Positions 1 through 11,867 of a stretch of DNA of 64,000 nucleotides are shown piece by piece. The stretch's first letter is position 1; each line of letters opens with the position of its first letter. The DNA comes from Pseudogymnoascus verrucosus. Lineage: Eukaryota. Location of the stretch: the NCBI GenBank assembly GCA_001662655.1, contig KV460222.1; one strand, 5' to 3'. Position numbers and translations under genes: made by a program. Under the pieces are notes generated by a model that was not told the origin of the DNA, made no database searches, and saw only the letters and a list, made by a program, of their open reading frames with translations.

Positions 1-274
1 CATAACGATGACCACGACTGTGGTAATTTATCAGGTCTTACTACTCGTACGGAAATAGCTTTAGTTGAGAGGCCAAAGCGGAAGCGGGCACGAGCAGACA
101 CAGTAGGTAATAGTATATAGTTATATATCAATTAACTACTCTACTCTTACTTTTGGTTGGGCCGGCCAGCTCATGAGCTGGCCGGCCCAACCGTGAGCTT
201 CAAAACTCGTGGTTGGGCCGGCCCGCTCATGAGCGTGAATAACTCACGGTTGGGCCGGAACATATACAACCCCT
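1..274 (+). mobile_element. Probable right end of a hAT-like DNA transposon (C-terminal ORF fragment, GC-rich subterminal repeats, candidate terminus ...CATATACAACCCCT)
   Basis: Frame 1 is open from the window edge to TAG at 118-120 and includes an NLS-like RPKRKRAR. It is followed by copies of GGTTGGGCCGG in both orientations (155, 182-192 inverted, 211, 248). The end reads AGGGGTTGTATATG on the minus strand, resembling hAT-type termini. No transposase domain is visible in the window. Confidence 0.55.
155..192. repeat. Perfect 38-bp palindrome GGTTGGGCCGGCCAGCTCA|TGAGCTGGCCGGCCCAACC
   Basis: Read directly; the two 19-nt arms are exact reverse complements with no loop. Confidence 0.95.
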
Positions 275-521
275 TTGGATTCCTTCAAAGTTCCAAGAGT
301 TGTTAGATAGTAACTCTTCCCTCACCATAATCGGATCTTCTCACCTCGTTCCTCAACTGGACCCCTACATTCTTCCAAGTCCCTGATTTAGAGTAGCTGA
401 CATTCAAGTCATCACTAGAGATGGATTCTTCTTCAAACGAACACCCAACAGCCGCGCCATCTGAGGACAAAGAAGAGAGAATGAGCATATCATCCAAGCC
501 ACCAAGGCGCTGCGCCGTCAC

Positions 522-1499
522 ATGGGTCTTCCCGAAGATCCCACTGAGAAATCATCTTCAGCCACACCATCGTCAGTAAAGCCAACTTTCTGGGTCGAAG
601 TTGCTCCACCATCGACTCGGGGCGCAAAATGTCGGCTCGACGGCTGCCCGGCGATTATTATGCCAGGACAATATAGGATTGCTGTGTATCCAGGCCTCCA
701 TGATTTCCGCGGACACCAGAGTCCAGGTATAACACTTAAACACTCCGCCTTTCTATACAATTCTAAGCTGCAGGGCTGATTTTTACTGTCAAAGATTTCT
801 ATCACGTCGTCTGTTTTGAGAAAATTGCGGATTTCTCGCAAGCAGACTTTGTGAATCAGGTTCAACCAGTTACTTGGAATACGTGGTCGTTCCGGAATCT
901 CAACTCATCCAGCGTGCTCGATGGGAACTATCTTCTGGATGCCGGAGCTGAACGATTGACGATATCCTGGAAAGAGGCCGTCAAAAAGCTGATTGATGAG
1001 CGAGATGGTGTGGAGACCAAAGACGATGCCGAGACCAAAGACGACCCGAGTGCAGCTGTCAGAGACCTGCTCGACAATGCTGGCTCTTCCAAATACGTGC
1101 CACAAGAAATTGCAGGTGCGAACGCGTTCGAACTTCGGCTCTTAAGCAGCACACTTGCTCCAAATGAGAGTGACGGCCCTGAAGATACCGACGAGTGGAA
1201 TCTTTTTGATGAGTACTTGGTTGCAAGAGACGATGACCAAAAGAGTTTGGACAACCGGCACACTCTGGGCATGACACTCTTTCTCTGGAGAGATCATGTT
1301 GTAAGTTTCATGGAGCCCTTTATTGGATCCAGGTTAACTGTACAATCTATATAGGTTGCTTGCTACTTCTAACAACCCCACTGAAAAGGACAAGAAGCGG
1401 ATAGAGGAAGAGCTTGACCCAAAAGCCATCCGAGCAATTAAACGTCTCGCTGTCACTCCAATGCCAGATATTCAAGGCGCTTTTCTTCGAGGCTTGTGA
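522..1499 (+). CDS. Hypothetical protein with N-terminal PARP-type zinc-finger-like motif; last exon appears frameshifted
   Basis: Removing intron 727-794 joins VEVAPPSTRGAKCRLDGC...YRIAV to DFYHVVCFEK (C..C..H-x2-C, zf-PARP-like). After intron 1301-1354 the frame stops at 1372, while the +1 frame (1356-1499) reads as plausible protein. Confidence 0.6.
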
Positions 1500-1688
1500 A
1501 CCACCAAACAAGAATCAAACAAAAGTCACGCGAAGTGAGCAGAGAATTCTGGGGACTCAACTCTGATATTTTTTTGTCTTGCGTTTGCAACCCGATACTC
1601 CATTCTCGGAGACTCCTGCTATGCACCTATATCAAGCCAAACACCTTCGCTTGAAGCCCCGGAATAAATACAAATATGTGGTATCAGT

Positions 1689-3533
1689 TTAGCTCATTAA
1701 GTCCTCCAAGATAGCTTCTAGCTCTTCTCTCCTGAATGGAATGGAAAGAATTTCGGTTCCCAGAGCATCTTTGCGGGACGTGATCATCTGATGGTCATGG
1801 AATCTGTAGTAAATTGTCAGCATTTCTCCCTGTACGTCCTGTAAGTTGAATAGGGGGGAAACATACTCCTTCAACAGACTCCTAAACGACACCTCGTCAC
1901 CACACACAAAGTCCTCCACAGCCTTCTGATACAAGGCCCTATACTCCACCCCAACCTCAGCCGATCTAGAACCCCCCATCCGCTCTCCAAGATGCCCCTC
2001 CTCATCACCATCCTCATCATCACCGCCGCCAAACCCATCCATCTCCCCATCGGCATCCATAACCATCAACTGCTCCACGCAGAGAATCTTAAACAAGCTC
2101 CTCGCATTAACAGGCAAACTCCTCAAGACGAATCCCACCCCCTCTTTCCCACCGACTCTGCGCCCGCTACGGCCTAGGAGCTGGAGCACGCTGTCAACGA
2201 CGTCCACTTCCGCCGAGTACGTTGAGAAGGTCGTGCAATCGTGGAACAGGAAGTTGAACGATGTTCGCGCTGAGCTGTCCCAGAGCAGAGGAAAGGACGG
2301 GTGGTCTGTCGAAGCAATGACGCTGATCTGAGGGTGTGCAGCTAGGCGCGCGAACATCGACTGCGTGGCTGCTCGGCGGATGGGCTGGCCGTCAAGAGAG
2401 TGCACGAGGAGAGTGATGCGTACATCGGATGTGGAGAGGTGGGTGAGTAGGCGGTCGAGGACTTCGGATGGTTGGGTTCCGAGTTTCTTGGGGGCGTTGG
2501 GGATTAGTGAGAATATCGTGTTGAGAACGTCGCGCATGGATGTGCTTGGGTTGTACCCATTGACCACGACGATTTTGGCTTCGTTGTTTTGAGCATATAT
2601 GTGATTCGCATATGACGTGAGGAGTTCGCGCTTCGAACCCCAGCCGTAGAGACATATATTGAAATTCTGGCTCAGTTCAAAGTCCCACTGCGGGAATGAG
2701 CGTTCATGGATGGAGCTTAGGAATTCTAGGTCTTTTGCGTGGGGGTCTTCGTAAGATCGCAGAAGGGTGAAGTATTCTTCGTGGTCCAGAAGTCGCAGAG
2801 ACGAGAGGTTGTTATTTGAGGTTTTCATTGCTGCACCGCGATTCTGCGCAAAGAATAGCTCGTGGGGTGGCATATCTCGAGGAGGGCTTGGTGTGCGGAT
2901 GCGGTTCTTTGAACCCTTTGGACGGCCACGGCCCCTTTTCGAGGGCGTTTCTGGAACAGTTGGCTCCACTGATCCGCCTTCGGGTTGGGGAGCTTCGCTT
3001 TCAGTAGCATCGGCCTGCTCTTCCTTGTCAGAGTCGTATATGTATCGAGAAACAACATCATCGTCTTCGTCGGAGCTCGCCTCCCCGTTTATAGTCCTCT
3101 CAATCAACGTTCGAGTACTTTTCCGGCGGGCTGAGCGATCCGCCGCATTGCGCGCCTTGGATGGGGTGAGAAGGCCTAAGGGCTTGGATGGTGTGGCAAA
3201 GAGAGTCTTCCCTTTGGGAAGCTTCTTCGGCGTTGGCGTTGCGCCATCAGGTTTTGGGAAGTTCTTGCTTCCTTTGGGTCGACCGCGGCCTCTTTTCGGG
3301 GTCACCGCTTCGACAATTGGTAGCGACTCTTGTGTAATGGCATCCTCAAAGGATCCAATGCCTATTTTCTCACTGGAGGCGCCATTGGTTTGCGGCCTGG
3401 CGGGTCGGGGCTTCGAGGGGGTAACGTTTAAGTCGGTCTCATTTAAATCCTCTCGTTGCTGCGAGCGAGCTCTCTTTCTTGACGATACGTCGTCGAGGTC
3501 ACTGTCCTCTTCGATAAAAGATTTGCGTTTCAT
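1689..3533 (-). CDS. ORC2: Origin recognition complex subunit 2
   Basis: QWDFELSQNFNICLYGWGSKRELL, LLVHSLDG, FLFHDCTTF and EFHDHQMI motifs; intron 1804-1866; two AT-hooks in the N-terminus. Confidence 0.93.
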   Translation of the reverse strand: MKRKSFIEEDSDLDDVSSRKRARSQQREDLNETDLNVTPSKPRPARPQTNGASSEKIGIGSFEDAITQESLPIVEAVTPKRGRGRPKGSKNFPKPDGATPTPKKLPKGKTLFATPSKPLGLLTPSKARNAADRSARRKSTRTLIERTINGEASSDEDDDVVSRYIYDSDKEEQADATESEAPQPEGGSVEPTVPETPSKRGRGRPKGSKNRIRTPSPPRDMPPHELFFAQNRGAAMKTSNNNLSSLRLLDHEEYFTLLRSYEDPHAKDLEFLSSIHERSFPQWDFELSQNFNICLYGWGSKRELLTSYANHIYAQNNEAKIVVVNGYNPSTSMRDVLNTIFSLIPNAPKKLGTQPSEVLDRLLTHLSTSDVRITLLVHSLDGQPIRRAATQSMFARLAAHPQISVIASTDHPSFPLLWDSSARTSFNFLFHDCTTFSTYSAEVDVVDSVLQLLGRSGRRVGGKEGVGFVLRSLPVNARSLFKILCVEQLMVMDADGEMDGFGGGDDEDGDEEGHLGERMGGSRSAEVGVEYRALYQKAVEDFVCGDEVSFRSLLKEYVSPLFNLQDVQGEMLTIYYRFHDHQMITSRKDALGTEILSIPFRREELEAILEDLMS

Positions 3534-3658
3534 TGTCGTCTAAAGGAGTCGTTAATTCAAGAATTGGCACATTCCAGACAATTTAACTCGGCTCGTTCCT
3601 CAAATCGTCAGCCCTGCGGTCACAGCCTGACGCGGTACAATAGGTACAAAAGGAACAA

Positions 3659-3664
3659 ACGCGT
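3659..3664. promoter_or_regulatory. MCB (MluI cell-cycle box) ACGCGT upstream of ORC2
   Basis: ACGCGT lies about 125 bp upstream of the ORC2 ATG. MBF control of replication genes is established in ascomycetes, but a single hexamer is weak evidence. Confidence 0.4.
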
Positions 3665-3754
3665 CGTCAGGGCGGGTGTCCAGCCGGGGTTTAGCCACCA
3701 AGTTTCTCCGGTTCCTGCAAAACGTTCCCCACAAAGTGCCAGGCCGTTATCGCC

Positions 3755-3763
3755 ATGACTCTT
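3755..3763 (+). promoter_or_regulatory. Gcn4/CpcA/CPC-1 response element ATGACTCTT upstream of ARG7
   Basis: Near-consensus TGACTC site 135 bp upstream of an amino-acid biosynthesis gene. Confidence 0.6.
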
Positions 3764-3889
3764 CATCGCAAGCTCCAACATTGTTCATAAAAGGATTGGG
3801 ATGTAAGTTTTGGAGAAAATTGCTTGCCCTTAAATGACCCCAGTATGAGGCTCTGACATTACATTATTATAGCCCAATCACGCTTCTCA

Positions 3890-5368
3890 ATGGCTCTCAA
3901 AGGCCCCTCAATATCGACAGCCGTAAAGGGCCTGATAAGGCCCTCGGTACAACAAAAAGCGCCCAAATCTCTCCGCAACTATTCAGCTCCCATATCTGGA
4001 GCAATTCCAGCTGCGAAGCAAAAATATGTTCCGACAAGCGGCAAATACCCAAGGGGCTTCCTTGTTTCGGGGACCCATGTCGGCGTTAAGCCTTCAAATA
4101 AGTCCAACCCAGACATAGGCCTCCTCGTCTCGGAAACACCCTGCGGCGCCGCCGCGGTATTCACGAAGAACAAGTTCCAGGCGGCTCCAGTGACGATTAG
4201 CAGGAATATGCTGAATCGCAGGAAGAATACTGGGATTCGTGGGGTTATTATCAACTCTGGGTGCGCCAATGCTGTTACTGGAAAGGGCGGCTTAGAAGAT
4301 GCGGAGAGCATGGGAGCTGCTGCTGATGCCTGCTTTACTGCGCCTGGCGATGGCAAGGGGGGAAGCTCTATAGTAATGAGCACTGGAGTTATCGGACAGA
4401 GGTATTTAGACTGGTTTCTGTGCCATAGGCCATACACTAACATCTGATGCAGGCTCCCTATCAAAAAGATTCTCGACGGTATCCCAGCAGCTCACAAAGC
4501 ACTGGGTTCATCCCATGAGCACTGGCTAGCCGCCTCCTCAGCAATCTGCACCACCGACACCTTCCCCAAACTCATTTCGCGCACCTTCTCCCTGTCATCT
4601 TCGCCGAACACGGAATACCGCATCTCGGGTATGACAAAGGGCGCCGGCATGATCCACCCCAACATGGCCACTCTTCTCGGCATGATCGCAACCGATGCGC
4701 CGATCTCCCCGGCTCTCCTCCCCACCCTCCTTACCTCCGCTGTCGATTCGTCGTTTAACAGCATATCCATCGACGGTGACACATCCACAAACGATACCGT
4801 GGCGCTCTTCGCCAACGGCGCTGCTGGCGGCCAGGAAATCACGTCGGCTTCTTCTGCGGATTACAAGGAGTTTCAAGAAGTGCTCACGGAATTCGCGACG
4901 GATCTTGCTAAGCTTGTCGTCCGCGATGGCGAGGGCGCTACGAAATTCGTGACTATCCGCGTCACGGAGTCTGCTACCGTCGAGGCGGCCCGCAAGGTCG
5001 CTTCGACGATTGCGAGGTCCCCGCTCGTCAAGACGGCGCTGTACGGGAAGGACGCGAACTGGGGACGTATCCTCTGCGCTACTGGCTACGCGCTGATCTC
5101 GGAGCCAGGGCTGCCGATTAATGACGTGGAGGAGATCGCGACTGACAGGACGAATGTGTCGTTTGTCCCGGCAGATGGCTCGGCGGAGCTGAAGCTCCTG
5201 GTTAATGGGGAGCCGGAGGCTGTGGATGAGGAGAGGGCGGCGGAGATTCTGGCGATGGAGGATTTGGAGATTGTGGTTAGGTTGGGGACGGGGGAGGCGG
5301 AGGCGAACTACTGGACTTGTGATTTTAGTCATGAGTATGTTACTATTAATGGGGATTATAGGACGTAG
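3890..5368 (+). CDS. ARG7: Mitochondrial ornithine acetyltransferase (ArgJ family)
   Basis: [49 protein letters not shown] (autocleavage A/T), DGDTSTND and DGEGATKF motifs; intron about 4402-4452; probable 5'UTR intron 3803-3872. Confidence 0.96.
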
Positions 5369-5473
5369 GTTGGGCTCGAGGGGATGGAGTTGATGGGTAG
5401 GGAATGAAGTGCAGAAAGCATATGTGGGCATTCTGGGGTTAATTTTGAAAGCATTGAAAGTAGTCATGCAGCG

Positions 5474-5543
5474 GGCTGAAAGTTTGGACAGTGACTATGC
5501 ATGAGTGACTGTGGCTCAAAGTTTGGAGAGTGACTGTGCATGA
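5474..5543. repeat. Imperfect direct duplication, 31-bp core with 39-bp period, in the ARG7 3' region
   Basis: GGCTGAAAGTTTGGACAGTGACTATGCATGA versus GGCTCAAAGTTTGGAGAGTGACTGTGCATGA. Confidence 0.8.
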
Positions 5544-6724
5544 CAATGGTGATTACAAGTAACTAGAATTGGAAACAAACAAAGAAAGAGCCTTAAGATA
5601 CTAAAGCACTGTCCATGACAACACTGTCTGCAGCATCTGTGATTAATACGTTGTTGATACAAAGCCGTTCAATCACTCTGGTCTATAATCACAGTAGCTG
5701 TGATCAATACAAAGTCCGTTAAACCACCCAGGCCAATAATCACCCCGACTTATGCCTCGGTCGTGTGGCTGACACCAATATACAGTACATGTGTATCCAC
5801 ATGAGTTTCCCAGGACTGCAGCCTCTACTATAACAGGTACTTCTCCCCCAACTGAACTCAACTCAACTGGAACGGGTATGTACTCTACTGTATAATCTAG
5901 TACTCTACCCGCACGGTACATGTGCTGTTAAGGGGCTTTCTTCCTGCTATTCGCCCTCCCCCTTCCCTCTTTCCCACTGGCAAATGAAATGGCAACTTCC
6001 TGTTCTCTGCAGTAGCATGGAATAATCTGAAACGAAACGCACTAAGGCCGCGGCTACGTGAAATGGGAGTGGGAGTGGGGAGTGGAAATAGGGGGAGAAG
6101 GTGGAAAGGGAAGGGCGGTGGGCGGCGGGTGGTCAAATAGCACTAGAACTACCCCCTGCTCAACGCGTTGTTCTGTCGCTAAATCTTGTCATTCCCGCCA
6201 AACGCCCCCAAAGTAACCCCAACAAGGTAAAGAGCTGTTACTATGTATACCCGTAATGTGTATGTATCCAATCCCAGTACCCTCCCGTACCCCCTACCCC
6301 CCAAAGCCCATCCTAAAAGCACCCCAAGTAACCCCCAAGCACACCCCCCAAAGCACCAAAGCACGTACTCCCTACCATAGAGCCCTTGTCGGTCATTATT
6401 ATTGAACCTCCTGTTCAGGTCAGCGACGGTATCATCCCCAAAAAATTGTATCCTATCCTCCCCCCAATCTTGCTACACATCATAGCTCTTTGCTCCCATC
6501 ACCCTCCAATATATCTCTTCCCATCATACACATCGACATCGCCTTATCAACAGATGTTCTCTCTACTGTAGTCGACAGGGGACTACATCCTTTACCTTCC
6601 ATACTGGCCTTAGCTCGTTTATGAAAGAGACAGCCGCCCTGAAAAGCATCGAGAAACATCTCGGCCTTCGGCCATTGTTGAGGACCTGACCTATACCATC
6701 CAACCGCCCCCCTCGATTCCCCAG

Positions 6725-9700
6725 ATGGCGCACAATTACGATGTCGGAACGAGAGCGTGGCAGCCCGATCCAACAGAGGGATGGGTTGCCTCGGAGGTCA
6801 TCTCCAAGACTCAGGATGGGGACAAGTACAATCTGGTCTTTGAGCTTGCGAATGGGGAGGTAAGCTATTGTCCCTCCAGTTTGGCGTCTAATGCCCTCCT
6901 GCCCCATGCCTAGAGATTCACTGCTAACGGGGCCCTGCTCGAATAGCAAAAGAAGGTCGAAATCACCGCCGCGGCATTAGAAGATGATTCCGATACGAGT
7001 CTTCCGCCGCTGATGAACCCTACGATGCTCGAAGCTAGCGATGACCTGACGAACCTGTCCCATTTGAACGAGCCAGCTGGTATGCGCCGACCCTACTATA
7101 TACCCTCCGCGGTGGTGGCACGGCTAATGACTTTCGTGATACAGTTCTCCAGGCTATTCGACTGCGATACTCCCAGAAAGAGATATACACATACAGTGGC
7201 ATAGTATTGATAGCTACCAACCCGTTTGCTCGGGTTGACTCTCTCTATGTCCCGGGGATGGTGCAGGTGTATGCGGGGAAACAAAGAGCTACCCAAGCTC
7301 CCCATCTGTTCGCAATCGCTGAGGAGGCATTCGCGTGAGTTTGGCGTCATTGATTGAGATCACCTCAGTCCATTATAGCTGACAACAATTTTAGGGATAT
7401 GTTGAGGAGTGGGCATAATCAGACCATCGTCGTTTCCGGAGAGTCAGGAGCTGGAAAGACCGTCAGTGCGAAGTATATCATGCGATACTTCGCGACGAGA
7501 GAGTCTCCAGACCAGCCTGGGTCGAGGAAGCGCGGACAAGAGGCCATGAGCGAGACGGAGGAGCAGATTCTCGCGACGAACCCGATCATGGAGGCGTTTG
7601 GTAATGCGAAGACGACGAGGAACGACAACTCTTCCAGATTCGGGAAATATATCGAGATCATGTTCGACAAGCAGACGAATATTATTGGCGCGAAGATTAG
7701 AACATACCTCCTGGAGAGATCCAGGCTCGTCTTCCAGCCTCTGAAAGAGCGAAACTACCATATCTTCTATCAGTTAATTGCGGGTGCTACTGAGGCTGAA
7801 CGCCAGGAGCTGAGCCTTTTGCCGGTGGAGGAGTTTGAATACTTGAATCAGGGCAGTGCGCCGGTCATTGATGGCGTCGACGACAAGGCGGAATTCGAGG
7901 CATTGAAGCAATCCCTGGCCACTATTGGCATCCAAGGCGGCCAACAGTCCGACATATTCAAGCTCCTTGCAGCATTGCTTCATCTTGGAAATGTCAAAAT
8001 CACAGCATCCAGGACAGACTCGGTGCTTTCGCCTGACGAGCCAGCGCTGATGAAGGCTTGTGCTCTTCTGGGTGTGGATCCCACCGACTTCGCAAAGTGG
8101 ACGGTGAAGAAGCAGCTTATCACAAGAGGGGAGAAGATCACATCGAACCTGACGCAACAGCAAGCTACTGTCGTCCGGGACTCCGTCGCCAAATTCATCT
8201 ACTCCAGCCTGTTTGACTGGCTTGTGGAGAATATCAACCACGGCCTCGCTACGGATGAGGTGCTGAGCAGAGTCAGCTCATTTATTGGTGTATTGGATAT
8301 TTACGGTTTCGAGCATTTCGCAAAGAACTCCTTTGAGCAGTTCTGTATTAACTACGCCAATGAGAAGTTGCAACAGGAGTTCAATGCTCACGTATTCAAG
8401 CTGGAGCAAGAGGAGTACTTGAGGGAGCAGATCGACTGGACTTTCATCGACTTCTCTGACAACCAGCCTTGTATCGATCTTATCGAAGGCAAGCTGGGTA
8501 TTCTGTCCCTCCTGGATGAGGAGTCCAGGTTACCCATGGGTTCCGATGAGCAGTTCGTCACGAAGCTACACCACAACTATGCAGCCGACAAGAACAAGTT
8601 CTACAAGAAGCCTAGATTTGGAAAGTCCGCCTTCACCGTGTGCCATTACGCGGTTGACGTGACCTACGAGTCTGACGGATTCATCGACAAGAACAGAGAT
8701 ACGGTTCCAGATGAGCACATGGCTGTCCTGAGGTCATCTTCTAACCAGTTCCTGGGCCAGGTCCTTGATGCAGCGTCAGCTGTGCGTGAGAAGGACAGTG
8801 CATCTGCAGCATCCAACGCCGTAAAGCCAGCTGCAGGACGTAAAATTGGTGTCGCCATAAACCGCAAGCCTACCCTCGGTGGTATCTTCAAGTCCTCATT
8901 AATCGAACTTATGAGCACCATCAATGGCACCGACGTACACTATATTCGCTGTATCAAGCCTAACGAAGACAAGAAAGCCTGGGCATTCGAAGGTCCTATG
9001 GTTCTAAGCCAACTTCGTGCTTGTGGTGTTCTCGAGACCGTACGTATAAGTTGTGCTGGCTATCCTACGAGGTGGACGTACGAAGAGTTTGCACTCAGAT
9101 ACTATATGCTTGTTCCGTCGTCAGGCTGGACGTCTGAAATCCGTAAAATGGCAAATGCGATCTTAGTAAAGGCTCTCGGCACTGGCAATGGGCAGAGTCT
9201 AGACAAGTATCAGATGGGTCTAACGAAGATCTTTTTCCGCGCCGGAATGTTGGCGTTCTTGGAGAACTTGAGGACGACTAAGCTTAACGATTGTGCTATC
9301 ATGATCCAGAAGAACCTAAAGGCTAAGTACTATAGGCGGAAGTTTCTCGAGGCTCGCAACGCTACGCTTCTCTTCCAATCCCTTACCAGGGGTTACATTG
9401 CTCGCAAGCAAACGGAGGAAATTCGCAAGACAAAGGCTGCTACCACAATCCAACGTGTTTGGAAGGGCCAGAAGGAACGTAAAAAGTTCAACGCAATTCG
9501 CAACAACATTATTCTCGCACAAGCTGCTACTAAGGGCTTCCTTCGTAGACGTCAAATCATGGATACCCGCATGGGCAATGCCGCGAGCATTATCCAGCGA
9601 ACCTGGCGATCTCGCCAACAAAAGCGCAGCTGGAAGCAATACAGGAATAAGGTTGTCATCATCCAGAGCTTGTGGAGAGGAAAGACTGCTCGTCGCGAGT

Positions 9701-11867
9701 ACAAGACAGTTCGTGAGGAGGCTCGCGATCTCAAGCAGATTTCCTACAAGCTTGAGAACAAGGTCGTAGAGCTCACCCAGTCTCTCGGAACGATGAAACG
9801 CGAGAACAAGGCTTTGATCACTCAAGTCGAGAATTACGAGAACCAGATCAAGTCTTGGAAGACCAGGCATAATGCTCTTGAGGGCAGAACAAAGGAGCTG
9901 CAAACAGAGGCCAACCAGGCTGGTATTTCTGCCGCACGCCTTTCCGCCATGGACGAGGAAATGAAGAAGCTCCAGGCCAACTTCGACGAATCTGCTGCTA
10001 ACATCAAACGACTGCATGAGGAGGAGAAGGAACTACGCGAATCTCTCCGACTATCCAATGTCGAACTCGAACGTGCCAGACTCAGTTTGACTGAAGAAGA
10101 ACAGGAGAAGGTCACATTGAGGCAACAAGTTAACGATCTTGCAGAACAGCTCGAGATCGCCAAACGCATCATTCCTATGCCTATGAACGGAGAGGCAAAT
10201 GGTGCAGCTCAAGTTCTACAGAGCGGTCTGATCAACTTGGTCTCCTCCAAGAAGCCCAAGCGCCGCAGCGCCGGTGCTGAGACCCGTGAAATGGACCGCT
10301 TCAGCGCAGCTTACAACCCCCGCCCAGGATCGATGGCTGCCATGGGCAACAACATGCACCGCCAGAACTTGGCTGGTGCTCCAGGAGACAATATCGAGTT
10401 TGAGCTCGAGAACTTACTCGCAGATGAGGATGGACTTAATGACGAGGTAACGATGGGATTGATCCGCAACCTGAAGATCCCAGCGCCTGGATCTACGCCA
10501 CCACCAACAGACAAGGAGGTTCTCTTCCCGTCATACCTCATCAACCTCGTCACTTCTGAGATGTGGAACAATGGCTTTGTCAAGGAGTCTGAGCGCTTCC
10601 TGGCGAATGTGATGCAGTCTATTCAGCAAGAGGTTATGCAGCACGATGGAGACGATGCTATCAACCCAGGAGCCTTCTGGTTGTCCAACGTTCACGAGAT
10701 GCTCTCGTTCGTCTTCCTTGCCGAGGATTGGTATGAGGCGCAGAAGTCGGACAACTACGAGTACGACCGTCTCCTTGAGATTGTCAAGCACGATTTGGAG
10801 AGCTTGGAGTTCAATATCTACCACACCTGGATGAAGGTCTTGAAGAAGAAGCTCCAGAAGATGGTTATCCCAGCCATCATCGAGTCTCAGTCACTTCCTG
10901 GCTTTGTCACCAATGAGAGCAACAGGTTCTTGGGCAAGCTGCTCCAGACGAACTCTGCTCCAGCTTTCAGCATGGATAACCTCTTGAGTCTTTTGAACAA
11001 TGTTTTCAAGGCTATGAAGACGTACTTCTTGGAGGATTCGATTGTCACCCAGACGATGACCGAGTTGTTGCGCCTTGTTGGTGTTACGGCATTCAACGAT
11101 CTTCTGATGAGGAGAAACTTCCTCTCGTGGAAGCGTGGTCTGCAGATCAACTACAATATCACCCGCATTGAGGAGTGGTGCAAGAGCCACGATATGCCAG
11201 AGGGCACCCTTCAGTTGGAGCACTTGATGGTTCGTAGACCCCTTCCAGATATATTATGTGCCATTTCTAACCAGTCTATAGCAAGCGACGAAGCTTCTTC
11301 AGTTGAAGAAGGCAACCCTGAACGATATTGAGATTATCCAAGATATCTGCTGGATGTAAGTGCTCACCCAACCCCTAGATCATCGTCAGCATCATCTAAC
11401 TTTATAGGCTATCCCCCAACCAAATCCAGAAGCTGCTGAACCAGTACTTGGTGGCTGACTACGAACAACCCATCAACACGGAGATCATGAAGGCCGTTGC
11501 CTCCCGCGTCACCGAGAAGAGCGACGTGCTGCTCCTGACCGCTGTGGATATGGATGACAGTGGACCCTATGAGATTGCAGAGCCCCGTGTCATCACGGCG
11601 TTGGAGACCTATACTCCATCTTGTAAGTTTAACCAACCATCTCTACAATACCCATCCCGTTCTAACACATTCACAGGGCTACAAACTCCTCGCCTGAAGC
11701 GCCTTGCGGAGATCGTCTCGGCGCAGGCAATGGCTCAGCAAGAGAAGATTGACAATGCCGCGGGCGTGGGCTCTATTGACGAGGACGAGGATCAGGAACA
11801 CGCTGAAGACAATGAGCAAGTTGTCGAGCTGGACGCCGAAGAGAATGTTGCTGCCAATGGCGTTTAA
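6725..11867 (+). CDS. MYO2: Class V myosin heavy chain
   Basis: GESGAGKT P-loop, NDNSSRFGK, DIYGFE, IQ repeats, coiled coil and DIL/globular tail; about 6 GT-AG introns (near 6860, 7080, 7335, 11230, 11356, 11622). Confidence 0.97.

Noticed and set aside
2767..3543. Long antisense ORFs over ORC2 (also over ARG7 4595-5467, MYO2, BUR1 19961-20761 and eEF1B-gamma 39204-39977)
   Set aside because: Shadow ORFs from GC-rich, biased codon usage on the sense strand; no recognisable motifs.
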